From the NCBI GenBank assembly GCA_015523565.1, contig WAKA01000072.1:1-20170 (forward strand): a DNA stretch of 20,170 nt, in the 5' to 3' direction. This DNA comes from Candidatus Heimdallarchaeota archaeon. GTDB lineage: Archaea; Asgardarchaeota; Heimdallarchaeia; Heimdallarchaeales; Kariarchaeaceae. The notes below the pieces were generated by a model that worked only from the letters and a program-made list of their open reading frames with translations, searched no databases and was not told the origin of the DNA. The translations under genes were made by a program, and so were the position numbers. Shown piece by piece: positions 1 to 8,155 of this stretch (positions are counted from its first letter, which is position 1; each line of letters starts with the position of its first letter).

Positions 1-118
1 CTATAAAAGCTTCTGCAATTGACAAATGTAAATGAATAATTTTTTTAAATTAAATAATTTAGAATTTTAATTTTTTAAATGCAAGTATTTTAGGGCTTAT
101 GATTTTTTTATTTTGAAA

Positions 119-3100
119 TCATTTTTTTCTTCTTTTCATGACTACTAAAGCCATAGGAACAGCAAACATTGCCAAAGCAGTCAAGCCCTCATAACCAAGG
201 AATGCAGTGCCAGGTTTGGAGGTCACTTGTCCTGGGGAGGAAGATGATTCAATCTCACCACCACCAGCAGATGCGGCAAAGATTGCACCACTGGAAGAGT
301 ATGATGAGCTGGAACCTTGTTCAGTTGCAGAGGCTTCGCTTTGCTCTTGTGCGGCAGCTGAAGCGGCAAGGTTGAACAATGAACCACCAGATACCTCCTT
401 GGCAGGTGCTGCGGCAACACCAGTCCTTGGTTGGTCACCAAGTGAGGATTGCCCAGGCATATCGTATGATGCCATTGCAGCAGGCAGGACACCACTGTCA
501 CCTTTCAGTTGGAGTTCAAGAGTGATAGTAATGCTTTCACCCACATCGATGGAAGTAGAGTCAAGTTTGACATATGTTAGATCCAAAAATGTAAACGTGG
601 AAATTGTTCCTTTACTTGTGCTTTGTGAAAGCAGATCAAAGTCAGCCGTTGGAATGGTCTGCAATGCAGTTACATTTGTTGGCGCATCTCCGACGTTTGT
701 CAGGGTAATGGAGTAAGTGAATTTCCCATCTGCATCTGGAGTGGTTGAAGATGTGTCAATTTGAATTCTGGGTTCCGGTACGGCTGGCTTTGCAGAATCG
801 TCTGGAGGCAAGAGAAGACCACCAGTAAGTGTTGATGTCACATAGTGTTTTGCTTCACCACCATATTGGTATTCTGTAACACCCTCATCGAAGAAATCAG
901 TTACTTGAGGTGGTGCCTGACCTTTTTCAGAGATAAACTCAGTCACGGCAAACACAGGGTGATAGCCGATGAAGGTATTAGCAGTAACAGTAACGGTGAC
1001 CACAGTGGATTCACCAGGACCTAACTTTCCTATATCAATGTTGGCGAAGTTTTGGGGTTTGACAAAATCCCAATCCCTACCAAGTCTTGCATGGAAGAGA
1101 TGTACTGAAATATCGTCAGCATCTGCATTTCCAGTATTTGTGACATTGACCTCTATTGTTACGTCATCACCAACAGTAAAGACCTGTTGATTACCGGCAA
1201 ATCTGACAGTAGTTGAAATGACTGCCTGATCATCTGCAAATTGCAGGTTTTGACCATTTGCAATCCCGAAGAATTCAAATCCTTGGGCATTTTCCCATGT
1301 GAATGGAAGACCTGTGGAAATGAATGAATTGGCATCAACATTTGGAATGGGGCTATATGCGGGATCAATCTGGAATGAGAGAGGCATGCCATTATAATCG
1401 TTAAGGGCAAAGAGGTATTGCATTAATTCGAAATAGTCCCTTGTCTTTGATTCCAAGGTAAGGGTCTTGTATGTAACGCCGCCAGCTGTTGTATTGCCAG
1501 GATACAGAGCCATTAAAGCGAATGTGTCACTTTGGGATGGAACATTGTTGACCCTGAAGCTAAGAGAAGTAGATGCACCAGCATCCAATGATGCAATGTT
1601 TGCAACCAAGAATGTTTGGTTCACAACATTTTGATCCTTTCCAACAGGGCGTTCCTCAATTGTAAAGTCACCAGCATCAAGTTGGAAAAGATCAACTTTT
1701 TCATAGTATGCTGCAAGAGCGGCGTAATAAGTTGCATTCAATGCATCAGGAATTGCGTTCTTAACAGCATCAACTAGGTTGCTGATGTCTGTTGGGGATG
1801 TCAAATCAACGCTTTGGGCCGCAGGAACAATGTAATTATAAATTGCATCTACAGCAGATTGAGGTGCGCCGTCTGGCATAATAACTGAGAAGTTAACTGT
1901 TGACAAGCCAAGATCTGCATATCTCAGTGTAATTGAAGTGGAAGTATTCCAATCAGCAAGTTGGTTGGTTGTTGAATTGACATACCATCCGTCAAGTGAG
2001 AGGAAATTGAAATTGACATTGCTATATCCAGGAACATTTGTAACTTCCATGGAGATATTGAATTGTGTTGAGAATGATTCATCCAATTCATATCCAGTCT
2101 TAATCCTGTAAAGGGAAAGTCCAGAGTTAATAATTCTTTTAATGTCTGGACCCAACGGCAAAGCCAAATCAATGTTTTTGGCAGTTGCTTGACCGATGTT
2201 TGTGAAGTCATACTTGAACTCAAGAATACCTTGAGTATTGAGTAAGTCCTGGTCAATGGTCAGTTTTCCTTCAACCATTGGGAATTGCCGTGCCATCCCT
2301 ATATTGTAAGTGATTTGATAATCATTTGCACCATTACCCAATGCATATTCTGGACGGGGGTGATTAAGATCCCAAAATGCAGTGCCAGTGACATGAGGAA
2401 GCCTGTTTGAGGTAGCGGGTGAAATTGACAATGGAGTGATTGGATAAGGCACATTTAATCTGATCCTGCTTATATCAGCATCTGATGCACCATTAACATC
2501 CATTCCCAAAACGTTCATGGTTGACATTGTCAATGAACCGTCTGCATTTGTTGTCAATCCATTGGCGTCAACAAAGAAACCACCACGAATAGGCATTTGA
2601 TCTCCTGATGCCAAGGGGAACAATCCAAAACCTGCGCCACGAATGCCAGAAGTTGGGAAAACTCCTAAAACATCACTGAATCCTCCAGATCCAGAAGCCT
2701 GTGCATCTGCAAGAACTTGATTGACGGCCGTGTCGTTTCCACCTGAAAAGATAAAAATGTAGGAATTGCCTGTTAAGACACCATAGACCATTGTCATGGA
2801 AATGCCATATCTTGTCTCAACGGCAGAAACGGCAGAGAACGCCTTTGCAACTGCATCAGTGGATCCAAGAGATTTTGGATAGGCGATTTGCAGACTTACA
2901 CCATCGGGTAGTGGAATGGGATTTCTTGTAAGATAACTACCAATCCCAGATTGATTCAAACCAAAAATTATCCATCCTTTTGCATCAGCAAATCCAGCAG
3001 AGCTGGTTGAAAAGTCAGATGGATATGTAAATGAACCACCATAAATGTAATCTCCAACATAAACGGCAGAGCCTATGCCTGCAGTAAGTGTAAGATATTC

Positions 3101-3238
3101 TAATTTAATGTCTGTGACAACAGAAGTGGTTTCAAGGTTTGGTACAGTTTGAGAAGGAGTTGCCATGGGAGATGTAACCATCATCATGATTACAGTCACA
3201 GTGGCCAGAATTGTTAGAAAGTTGGTTGGTCTTTTCAT
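119..3238 (-). CDS. Large secreted/cell-surface (S-layer-like) glycoprotein with CARDB/DUF11-type Ig-like repeats and a C-terminal membrane anchor, ~1039 aa
   Basis: Start moved from 3400 to the ATG at 3238, which follows a GGTGAGGT SD. Signal peptide MKRPTNFLTILATVTVIMMMV. Three T-N-x-G Ig-like motifs (FTNIG, VTNTG, LTNVG). About 11 N-x-S/T sequons and no Cys. Ser/Ala-rich linker, then GYE-hydrophobic helix-KRRKK at the C-terminus. Confidence 0.75.
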   Translation of the reverse strand: MKRPTNFLTILATVTVIMMMVTSPMATPSQTVPNLETTSVVTDIKLEYLTLTAGIGSAVYVGDYIYGGSFTYPSDFSTSSAGFADAKGWIIFGLNQSGIGSYLTRNPIPLPDGVSLQIAYPKSLGSTDAVAKAFSAVSAVETRYGISMTMVYGVLTGNSYIFIFSGGNDTAVNQVLADAQASGSGGFSDVLGVFPTSGIRGAGFGLFPLASGDQMPIRGGFFVDANGLTTNADGSLTMSTMNVLGMDVNGASDADISRIRLNVPYPITPLSISPATSNRLPHVTGTAFWDLNHPRPEYALGNGANDYQITYNIGMARQFPMVEGKLTIDQDLLNTQGILEFKYDFTNIGQATAKNIDLALPLGPDIKRIINSGLSLYRIKTGYELDESFSTQFNISMEVTNVPGYSNVNFNFLSLDGWYVNSTTNQLADWNTSTSITLRYADLGLSTVNFSVIMPDGAPQSAVDAIYNYIVPAAQSVDLTSPTDISNLVDAVKNAIPDALNATYYAALAAYYEKVDLFQLDAGDFTIEERPVGKDQNVVNQTFLVANIASLDAGASTSLSFRVNNVPSQSDTFALMALYPGNTTAGGVTYKTLTLESKTRDYFELMQYLFALNDYNGMPLSFQIDPAYSPIPNVDANSFISTGLPFTWENAQGFEFFGIANGQNLQFADDQAVISTTVRFAGNQQVFTVGDDVTIEVNVTNTGNADADDISVHLFHARLGRDWDFVKPQNFANIDIGKLGPGESTVVTVTVTANTFIGYHPVFAVTEFISEKGQAPPQVTDFFDEGVTEYQYGGEAKHYVTSTLTGGLLLPPDDSAKPAVPEPRIQIDTSSTTPDADGKFTYSITLTNVGDAPTNVTALQTIPTADFDLLSQSTSKGTISTFTFLDLTYVKLDSTSIDVGESITITLELQLKGDSGVLPAAMASYDMPGQSSLGDQPRTGVAAAPAKEVSGGSLFNLAASAAAQEQSEASATEQGSSSSYSSSGAIFAASAGGGEIESSSSPGQVTSKPGTAFLGYEGLTALAMFAVPMALVVMKRRKK

Positions 3239-3273
3239 TTGTAACCTCACCATATATTTGTACCTAAGGTATG

Positions 3274-3306
3274 CTACTATTATCTTTTCCTTTATTCTAT
3301 TTATAT
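3274..3306 (-). promoter_or_regulatory. Candidate archaeal promoter for the surface-protein gene
   Basis: Minus strand reads TATAAATA (3298-3305) and AAAAGATAATAG (~3274-3288) upstream of the SD and ATG. Confidence 0.35.
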
Positions 3307-3324
3307 GTATATGAACTAACTTAG

Positions 3325-3340
3325 TTGAAAAAAAAGGGAG
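3325..3340 (-). terminator. Oligo-T terminator candidate downstream of sua5
   Basis: Minus-strand pyrimidine tract (CTCCC followed by a T run) about 30 nt after the sua5 stop codon. Confidence 0.4.
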
Positions 3341-3365
3341 AACCGTCAAACAACCCATATTTTGT

Positions 3366-4406
3366 TTATTGGGACATTTCAGATAAAGAAATCGAATCAA
3401 AGGCGGCCTTCTTTACCCTGTTCATAATAGCCAACCCTTGTTCAGTTTCTTCTGTTTCCTCGATGTATGCAGTTTTTACAACCAGTTCATCGAGCATCCT
3501 GAAATTTTCGAAAAGATTCTTCTGGATTTCTTTCAGAGTTTTCCCCATTAGTCTATACTTAATCTCATTACTGTGGTTATGTTCAGGATGAGTACAAAGG
3601 AGAATGTAATCATCATTTTCTTTTTTCAAGAAGTTGTCCAGTACACTCTCATTTTCAAAATCCTTCAAAAGGACAATTGGGGTTTTGGGTGAATAATGGC
3701 GGTATCTCATGCCCGGTGACAGTTTGCTGATTTCGCTGTCAGTTTTCATTTGGATTTCAGGAATAAATTTCCTTAATTGTTCAATTGTTACCCCTCCAGG
3801 TCTCAAAAGTATTGGAGGATCAGTGACAAGGCTTACTACAGTTGACTCAACACCAACCGCACAAGAACCGCCATCTAGAATTAATGGGATTTTCCCTTTC
3901 AAATCATCAAAAACATGCTTTGCAGTAGTTGGACTTGGTCGTCCCGAAATGTTGGCGCTTGGTGCGGCAATGGGTTTATTGAGAGTGGCAATTAATTTTT
4001 GGGCAATGGGATGGGAAGGCGCACGCATTGCAACTGTTGGCAATTCCTTTGTCACTAAGGAGGAAATATGACTAGATCGTTTCAAGACAAGGGTCAATGG
4101 CCCTGGCCAGAAATTTTCTGCAAGTTCATAGGCAATTGGAGGAATTTCGACAGAATATTGTTGCATCATTTCAATATCAACCACATGGACAATCAAAGGA
4201 TTGTCTGATGGTCTTGACTTTGCCTCAAAAATCTTTTTCACTGCATTGTCATTAGTTGCGTCTGCTCCCAGTCCATAAACAGTTTCGGTTGGAAAAGCAA
4301 TAATTTCCCCTTTTTGCAATAGAGTTACAGCTTTCTGTATTATTTCTGGGTCTGGATAAATAGGATCAATTTTAATTACCTTCGTGTCATATGGTTTCAA
4401 TTTCAT
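3366..4406 (-). CDS. sua5: Threonylcarbamoyl-AMP synthase Sua5 (YrdC domain plus Sua5 C-terminal domain)
   Basis: Motifs AFPTETVYGLGA, K-x-RPSDNPLIVH, FWPGPLTLVL, APSANISG, GVESTV and the linker PGMRYRHYSP. Confidence 0.96.
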   Translation of the reverse strand: MKLKPYDTKVIKIDPIYPDPEIIQKAVTLLQKGEIIAFPTETVYGLGADATNDNAVKKIFEAKSRPSDNPLIVHVVDIEMMQQYSVEIPPIAYELAENFWPGPLTLVLKRSSHISSLVTKELPTVAMRAPSHPIAQKLIATLNKPIAAPSANISGRPSPTTAKHVFDDLKGKIPLILDGGSCAVGVESTVVSLVTDPPILLRPGGVTIEQLRKFIPEIQMKTDSEISKLSPGMRYRHYSPKTPIVLLKDFENESVLDNFLKKENDDYILLCTHPEHNHSNEIKYRLMGKTLKEIQKNLFENFRMLDELVVKTAYIEETEETEQGLAIMNRVKKAAFDSISLSEMSQ

Positions 4407-4524
4407 TTTATTCTAAAACTTGATAGAATTAAAGTGTTAACACACATTACTTTATGGAATTTGCGGAAGCCCATATTGTTGTAACTATAAGAATAAATCT
4501 ACAGAAAAACATGAAAGATTGATC

Positions 4525-5280
4525 ATGAGGTTTTTGAGGAAAAGAACGGAAGATGACAGTTTGGTTGCACCAAATATTGAAGATTTTAGTTCTTGGATAC
4601 AATATGTGATTAACACGTACAATTTACATGAAGGGGCATATACCTTGACAGCAGGAATTGGGGGGTTTTTGCTATTTATAGACGGACAGGGGATTACATG
4701 GATACCATATGACACAGTCAAAAGGAAGTTGAGACAAATTGAAAAAAAGGATTTAGCAATTCCTACAGCAATTGGTTCAGGGGTTGCACTTGTTTCCATT
4801 CTTCAAATGCCAATTACATCATTGTTTGTTGCAAATGTTGTCTTAAAGAAAGTGACAAAGCTGTTTTTAGTTAATCCGCCCAAATCAATCAGGAGATATT
4901 TTCTGTCTGAAATTGAAGCAGTAAGAGTCAAGGCAATCCGTATTAAAAATTGGCAGAAGTTTTTGGAAAGGGATGAGAGCATTCAAGAAGATTCTTTTGA
5001 CATTAATGAGGGGATAGAACGGATTAAAGAAATCCAAGGATTTGAAAAACTTGTGAAAATTTTGGAGCAGATGGAAGACAGCAAGGAAGTTGCTTTGCAG
5101 ATCAATATTCAGACAGTCTTGGATTCAGAGCAGAATGCAATAATTGACAAATTCATTAGGACAACTAAAAAACTTCTGTTGAGCAATTCAAAAGAAACCC
5201 TTGTTTTCCCAATACAGCCAAACCTCTTGTTCTTTTTGGCAGAACTTGATAGGAAAGGATTACCATTATACTTTGAATGA
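4525..5280 (+). CDS. Hypothetical protein with a central hydrophobic segment
   Basis: Long ORF filling the gap, divergent from sua5. ATG at 4525 preferred over TTG at 4519. No recognised family motif. Confidence 0.7.
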   Translation: MRFLRKRTEDDSLVAPNIEDFSSWIQYVINTYNLHEGAYTLTAGIGGFLLFIDGQGITWIPYDTVKRKLRQIEKKDLAIPTAIGSGVALVSILQMPITSLFVANVVLKKVTKLFLVNPPKSIRRYFLSEIEAVRVKAIRIKNWQKFLERDESIQEDSFDINEGIERIKEIQGFEKLVKILEQMEDSKEVALQINIQTVLDSEQNAIIDKFIRTTKKLLLSNSKETLVFPIQPNLLFFLAELDRKGLPLYFE

Positions 5281-5281
5281 T

Positions 5282-5752
5282 CTATGGCATCGATGATGTG
5301 ACTAGAATATGTTCCAATCCTTGTAAAAGAAATATTAACTGATTGAAGTTTTCTTCCCCTAGTTCTCCCCTGATAAAGTCCTGTACATTCAACCAAAGGG
5401 GATATGCTTTCATCAAAGATTCAGACCCTTTTTCTGTAAGTTTTATGGTTTTTTGGGTTCTATTGGCTTCGTCAGTTCTCATTGAAATCAATCCCATATC
5501 TTCCAATACTCTTAGATTTCTGGAGAGGGTTGACGGATCAACAGCCATTGCAAAACTTAATTCCTTCACAGTGGGCTCAATTCCCTTGTTTACATTGAAT
5601 CCTTGAATCGTAAGCATGATGGCAAGTTGATTGATATTGATTCCAGAAGGCTTAAGCTTGGCATCATATAGCTTAGTTATTAACCTAGAGACCTTGCGTA
5701 TGTTTGTGCACATGCAGGTTTCCACTAAAGAAAAATAATCAATGGAGGTCAT
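5282..5752 (-). CDS. MarR-family transcriptional regulator with an N-terminal CxC motif
   Basis: CMCTNIRKVSRLITKLYD...LKPSGININQ, helix-turn-helix VDPSTLSRNLRVLEDMGLI, wing R...KTIKLTEKG. Confidence 0.92.
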   Translation of the reverse strand: MTSIDYFSLVETCMCTNIRKVSRLITKLYDAKLKPSGININQLAIMLTIQGFNVNKGIEPTVKELSFAMAVDPSTLSRNLRVLEDMGLISMRTDEANRTQKTIKLTEKGSESLMKAYPLWLNVQDFIRGELGEENFNQLIFLLQGLEHILVTSSMP

Positions 5753-5777
5753 TGTCCGACAACTATTATTGATTTTT

Positions 5778-6002
5778 TTAACTACTTGAAGCTTTGCTTG
5801 GGCAAGTGCTAATGCCTAAAAGTGTATAGAGAGGACAGAACTTGATTGTGGCTGTCACCAATGGGATAAGGGAGAAAACCATTAAACCAATTCCCAATCC
5901 CGAATTTCCACCTTGAAAAGTCAAGAAACCCCACACAAGCAGGGCAATTCCGATTACAAATCGTATTACACGATCAACAGTTCCAACATTTACGTCTACC
6001 AT
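5778..6002 (-). CDS. DUF2892 / YgaP-like small membrane protein, 74 aa
   Basis: NVGTVDRVIR, two TM helices, FCPLYTLLGISTC signature. Start moved to the ATG at 6002, which follows a GGAGTGA SD. Confidence 0.88.
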   Translation of the reverse strand: MVDVNVGTVDRVIRFVIGIALLVWGFLTFQGGNSGLGIGLMVFSLIPLVTATIKFCPLYTLLGISTCPSKASSS

Positions 6003-6016
6003 TTTTGGATCACTCC

Positions 6017-6056
6017 TGTATATACCGTTTATGTATATACAATTAATGTATATGCA
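6017..6056. promoter_or_regulatory. Three tandem palindromic boxes with 15-bp period; putative MarR operator
   Basis: TGTATATACC (6017), TGTATATACA (6032, perfect palindrome) and TGTATATGCA (6047), immediately upstream of the DUF2892-MarR pair. Confidence 0.7.
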
Positions 6057-6161
6057 TTGAATTAGATAAATGTTTCGGTAGACGTCAAGCATGCAATTTT
6101 CAATAAAGATAAGCGAGGAATGGCAGTGTAAGTTTGACATTTTGGATTTTACATTAAAAAA

Positions 6162-8114
6162 TCAAACAGACATCCAATGTATGACATTAATTAGAAAACG
6201 AATATTTCCATATGAAAGTCCTGAATCTGATGGGATATTCTCGTTCACAAATCCGTCATATCCGGAGAAAGCAATGAATTTGCCCTTTCCATAAAGACCT
6301 AGGATTCCTATGACTGATGTTACAATCTTTGTACCTAAAATATCAGTAATTGTTTCCTGATAGAACCCTAGTTCTGTATATGTATGGGATGTGGTTTCAA
6401 TTGAATAACCCCCTACAATTAGACTGGTAACGCCATCTAGGACATTTATATCATTTAGGTCATTTGTGGATGAGAATTTTGAGTTAACTGGAAACTTTTT
6501 GGAAATGGAAACCCCAAATGATGCAAACGCGTTATTCATGGCATTTTTGTTGTCTTCAATGGTATTATCAAGTAAAAACATGACTTTGCCGCCATTTGCT
6601 ATGAATTCCGTATAGGTGGCGAAAAGTGTTTCGTTGAAATTACTGAATACAGTATTTGTATCCCCCTCCATTGTTGATCCAGGTTGAAGAACAATAATTG
6701 CATCATAGTTTTTTAGGGGAATTTCATTGATCGGGTCATTATTAAACTTCGGTAGGACAAGATTGTTCCTCAACTCTGTTTGGAGGTCAAAGAGTGCACC
6801 ATATTCAAAATTCAAACCATTTATGCTGAAAGAATTATCCAACAGGATGGAATAATTATATGAACCAACTATTTCGAACTGATATGTCAGATTATTACCT
6901 TTTTTTGGGGTAACGTTCAAGACATAAATTCCTTTGGGAGCCGTTTGCGGAATAGAAAATTCAGCAGTAATTACGGATCCCCAGTTGCTAAATGGATCGA
7001 TTTTCATTGTAACAAAATCAGATGCATTTCCAGAGACGTCTAGTTGAGGGGGAAAGAGGGAATAGTTAATGTAAGTTGAAACAGCTTTCCATGAAATAGA
7101 GAAGTTTTCACCATTAAACCGTTTAATACGGTCTTTTCCACCCCCAAAAAGAAAGGTTGAGTTTAACACGTCATCAATGGCATTTTCTGGTAATGGGTTT
7201 TTGCGGATATCTTGAACAACCCCCCACCCCAGTTTTTCATCAAAGTAGTTCAACTTGTATCCAGATGAATGGCGTACCATCAACCCTTCAATCAATTGTG
7301 GGGTTGGATTTATTATACCAGAACCAATCAAATATTCCCTATAATTTGCAATATAAGCAGTGATTATTGGGGTTGAGAAGGAAGTTCCCCTTAATGACAT
7401 TCCCTCTAGTGGGCTACCATCAGCAACGAAATCAGTTGTATATATTCCATAAATGTTCCTGCCCCAAGAGGAAAAATAATAGCTTGTATTTGTCTTAAGG
7501 TCAATTGATCCCACACCAATTGTTGATGGAATTATTGCAGGCCATTCACCCTTTCCAATTGAGTCGGTGTCAGGGGTTCCATCATTTCCTGTAGAAATAG
7601 AGAAAATAACTCCATATTTTTCAGTATAATCTGTAAATACATCCACAATTTCTTTTGTCAATACTGGAAGGGTGCCTATTGAAATGTTAATCACGTGGGC
7701 CTTTACTTCCAGAACAGCCCAATCAATTGCAGCATAAAATGCGTCATAGGTAATTTCACCCGCCTTGTTTGCAATTTTGGCGGAAAAAACCATGGAATCT
7801 GGAGAATTGGAATGGATTAGTTGGCACACATACCTCCCATGTCCGACAGTATCGTATGGGGTAGTTTCACCATAAAGATATCCATATTTGGAGTTGACAA
7901 AATTTTTGAATTCAACTACAAAAGACTGGTCATTGGAACATCCACTATCTATTACTGCGATTCTTGTTGGCAATTCAGAATATGTAATTGCTGGAGGCTC
8001 AGTTTCAGTTCGGAAAAATAGCGGAACCAATAAAAAAGCAGAGAGAGAAACAAGCAAAATAAAGAATAAGATACTTTTAAGGAATAGATTAAGTATGGAA
8101 TTATCCACAAACAT
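6162..8114 (-). CDS. Membrane-anchored S8 (subtilisin-like) serine protease with a C-terminal GIFT/DUF4350-like domain
   Basis: N-terminal TM segment. Catalytic triad in VIDSG, GHG and GTSFSTP; oxyanion residue in STGNDG. C-terminal ILLD...YDAIIVLQP...FIANGGKVMF...YGKGKFIAF...NIRFLINVIHW is typical of class-I-GATase-like GIFT domains. Confidence 0.85.
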   Translation of the reverse strand: MFVDNSILNLFLKSILFFILLVSLSAFLLVPLFFRTETEPPAITYSELPTRIAVIDSGCSNDQSFVVEFKNFVNSKYGYLYGETTPYDTVGHGRYVCQLIHSNSPDSMVFSAKIANKAGEITYDAFYAAIDWAVLEVKAHVINISIGTLPVLTKEIVDVFTDYTEKYGVIFSISTGNDGTPDTDSIGKGEWPAIIPSTIGVGSIDLKTNTSYYFSSWGRNIYGIYTTDFVADGSPLEGMSLRGTSFSTPIITAYIANYREYLIGSGIINPTPQLIEGLMVRHSSGYKLNYFDEKLGWGVVQDIRKNPLPENAIDDVLNSTFLFGGGKDRIKRFNGENFSISWKAVSTYINYSLFPPQLDVSGNASDFVTMKIDPFSNWGSVITAEFSIPQTAPKGIYVLNVTPKKGNNLTYQFEIVGSYNYSILLDNSFSINGLNFEYGALFDLQTELRNNLVLPKFNNDPINEIPLKNYDAIIVLQPGSTMEGDTNTVFSNFNETLFATYTEFIANGGKVMFLLDNTIEDNKNAMNNAFASFGVSISKKFPVNSKFSSTNDLNDINVLDGVTSLIVGGYSIETTSHTYTELGFYQETITDILGTKIVTSVIGILGLYGKGKFIAFSGYDGFVNENIPSDSGLSYGNIRFLINVIHWMSV

Positions 8115-8155
8115 TTCATGGATTGAATTTATTTAAACAAATTGAAATTGTATTA

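Noticed and set aside
30-118. Repeated TAA-T(6-7)-AAAT tracts
   Set aside because: Low-complexity AT-rich intergenic or terminator DNA with only two imperfect copies; not a CRISPR or structured repeat.
207-716. Antisense or alternate-frame ORFs such as 207-716, 3709-4071, 8123-8554, 14042-14551 and 18266-18616
   Set aside because: They lie within well-supported genes on the opposite strand and show no motifs; they are shadow ORFs.
3239-3400. N-terminal 54-aa extension of the 1093-aa ORF
   Set aside because: It overlaps sua5 and the intergenic promoter/terminator. The SD and signal peptide point to the ATG at 3238.
4639-4665. Peptide TLTAGIG shared between the 253-aa ORF and the surface protein (about 3070-3095)
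   Set aside because: A short match with different codons and no flanking similarity; most likely chance.
6017-6056. Possible mini-CRISPR or iteron array
   Set aside because: The units are 10 bp with 5-bp spacers and there are no cas or rep genes nearby. An operator is the better explanation.
6003-6140. N-terminal extension of the DUF2892 ORF containing a CIYIN repeat
   Set aside because: It is a translation of the 15-bp DNA operator repeat. The SD supports a start at 6002.
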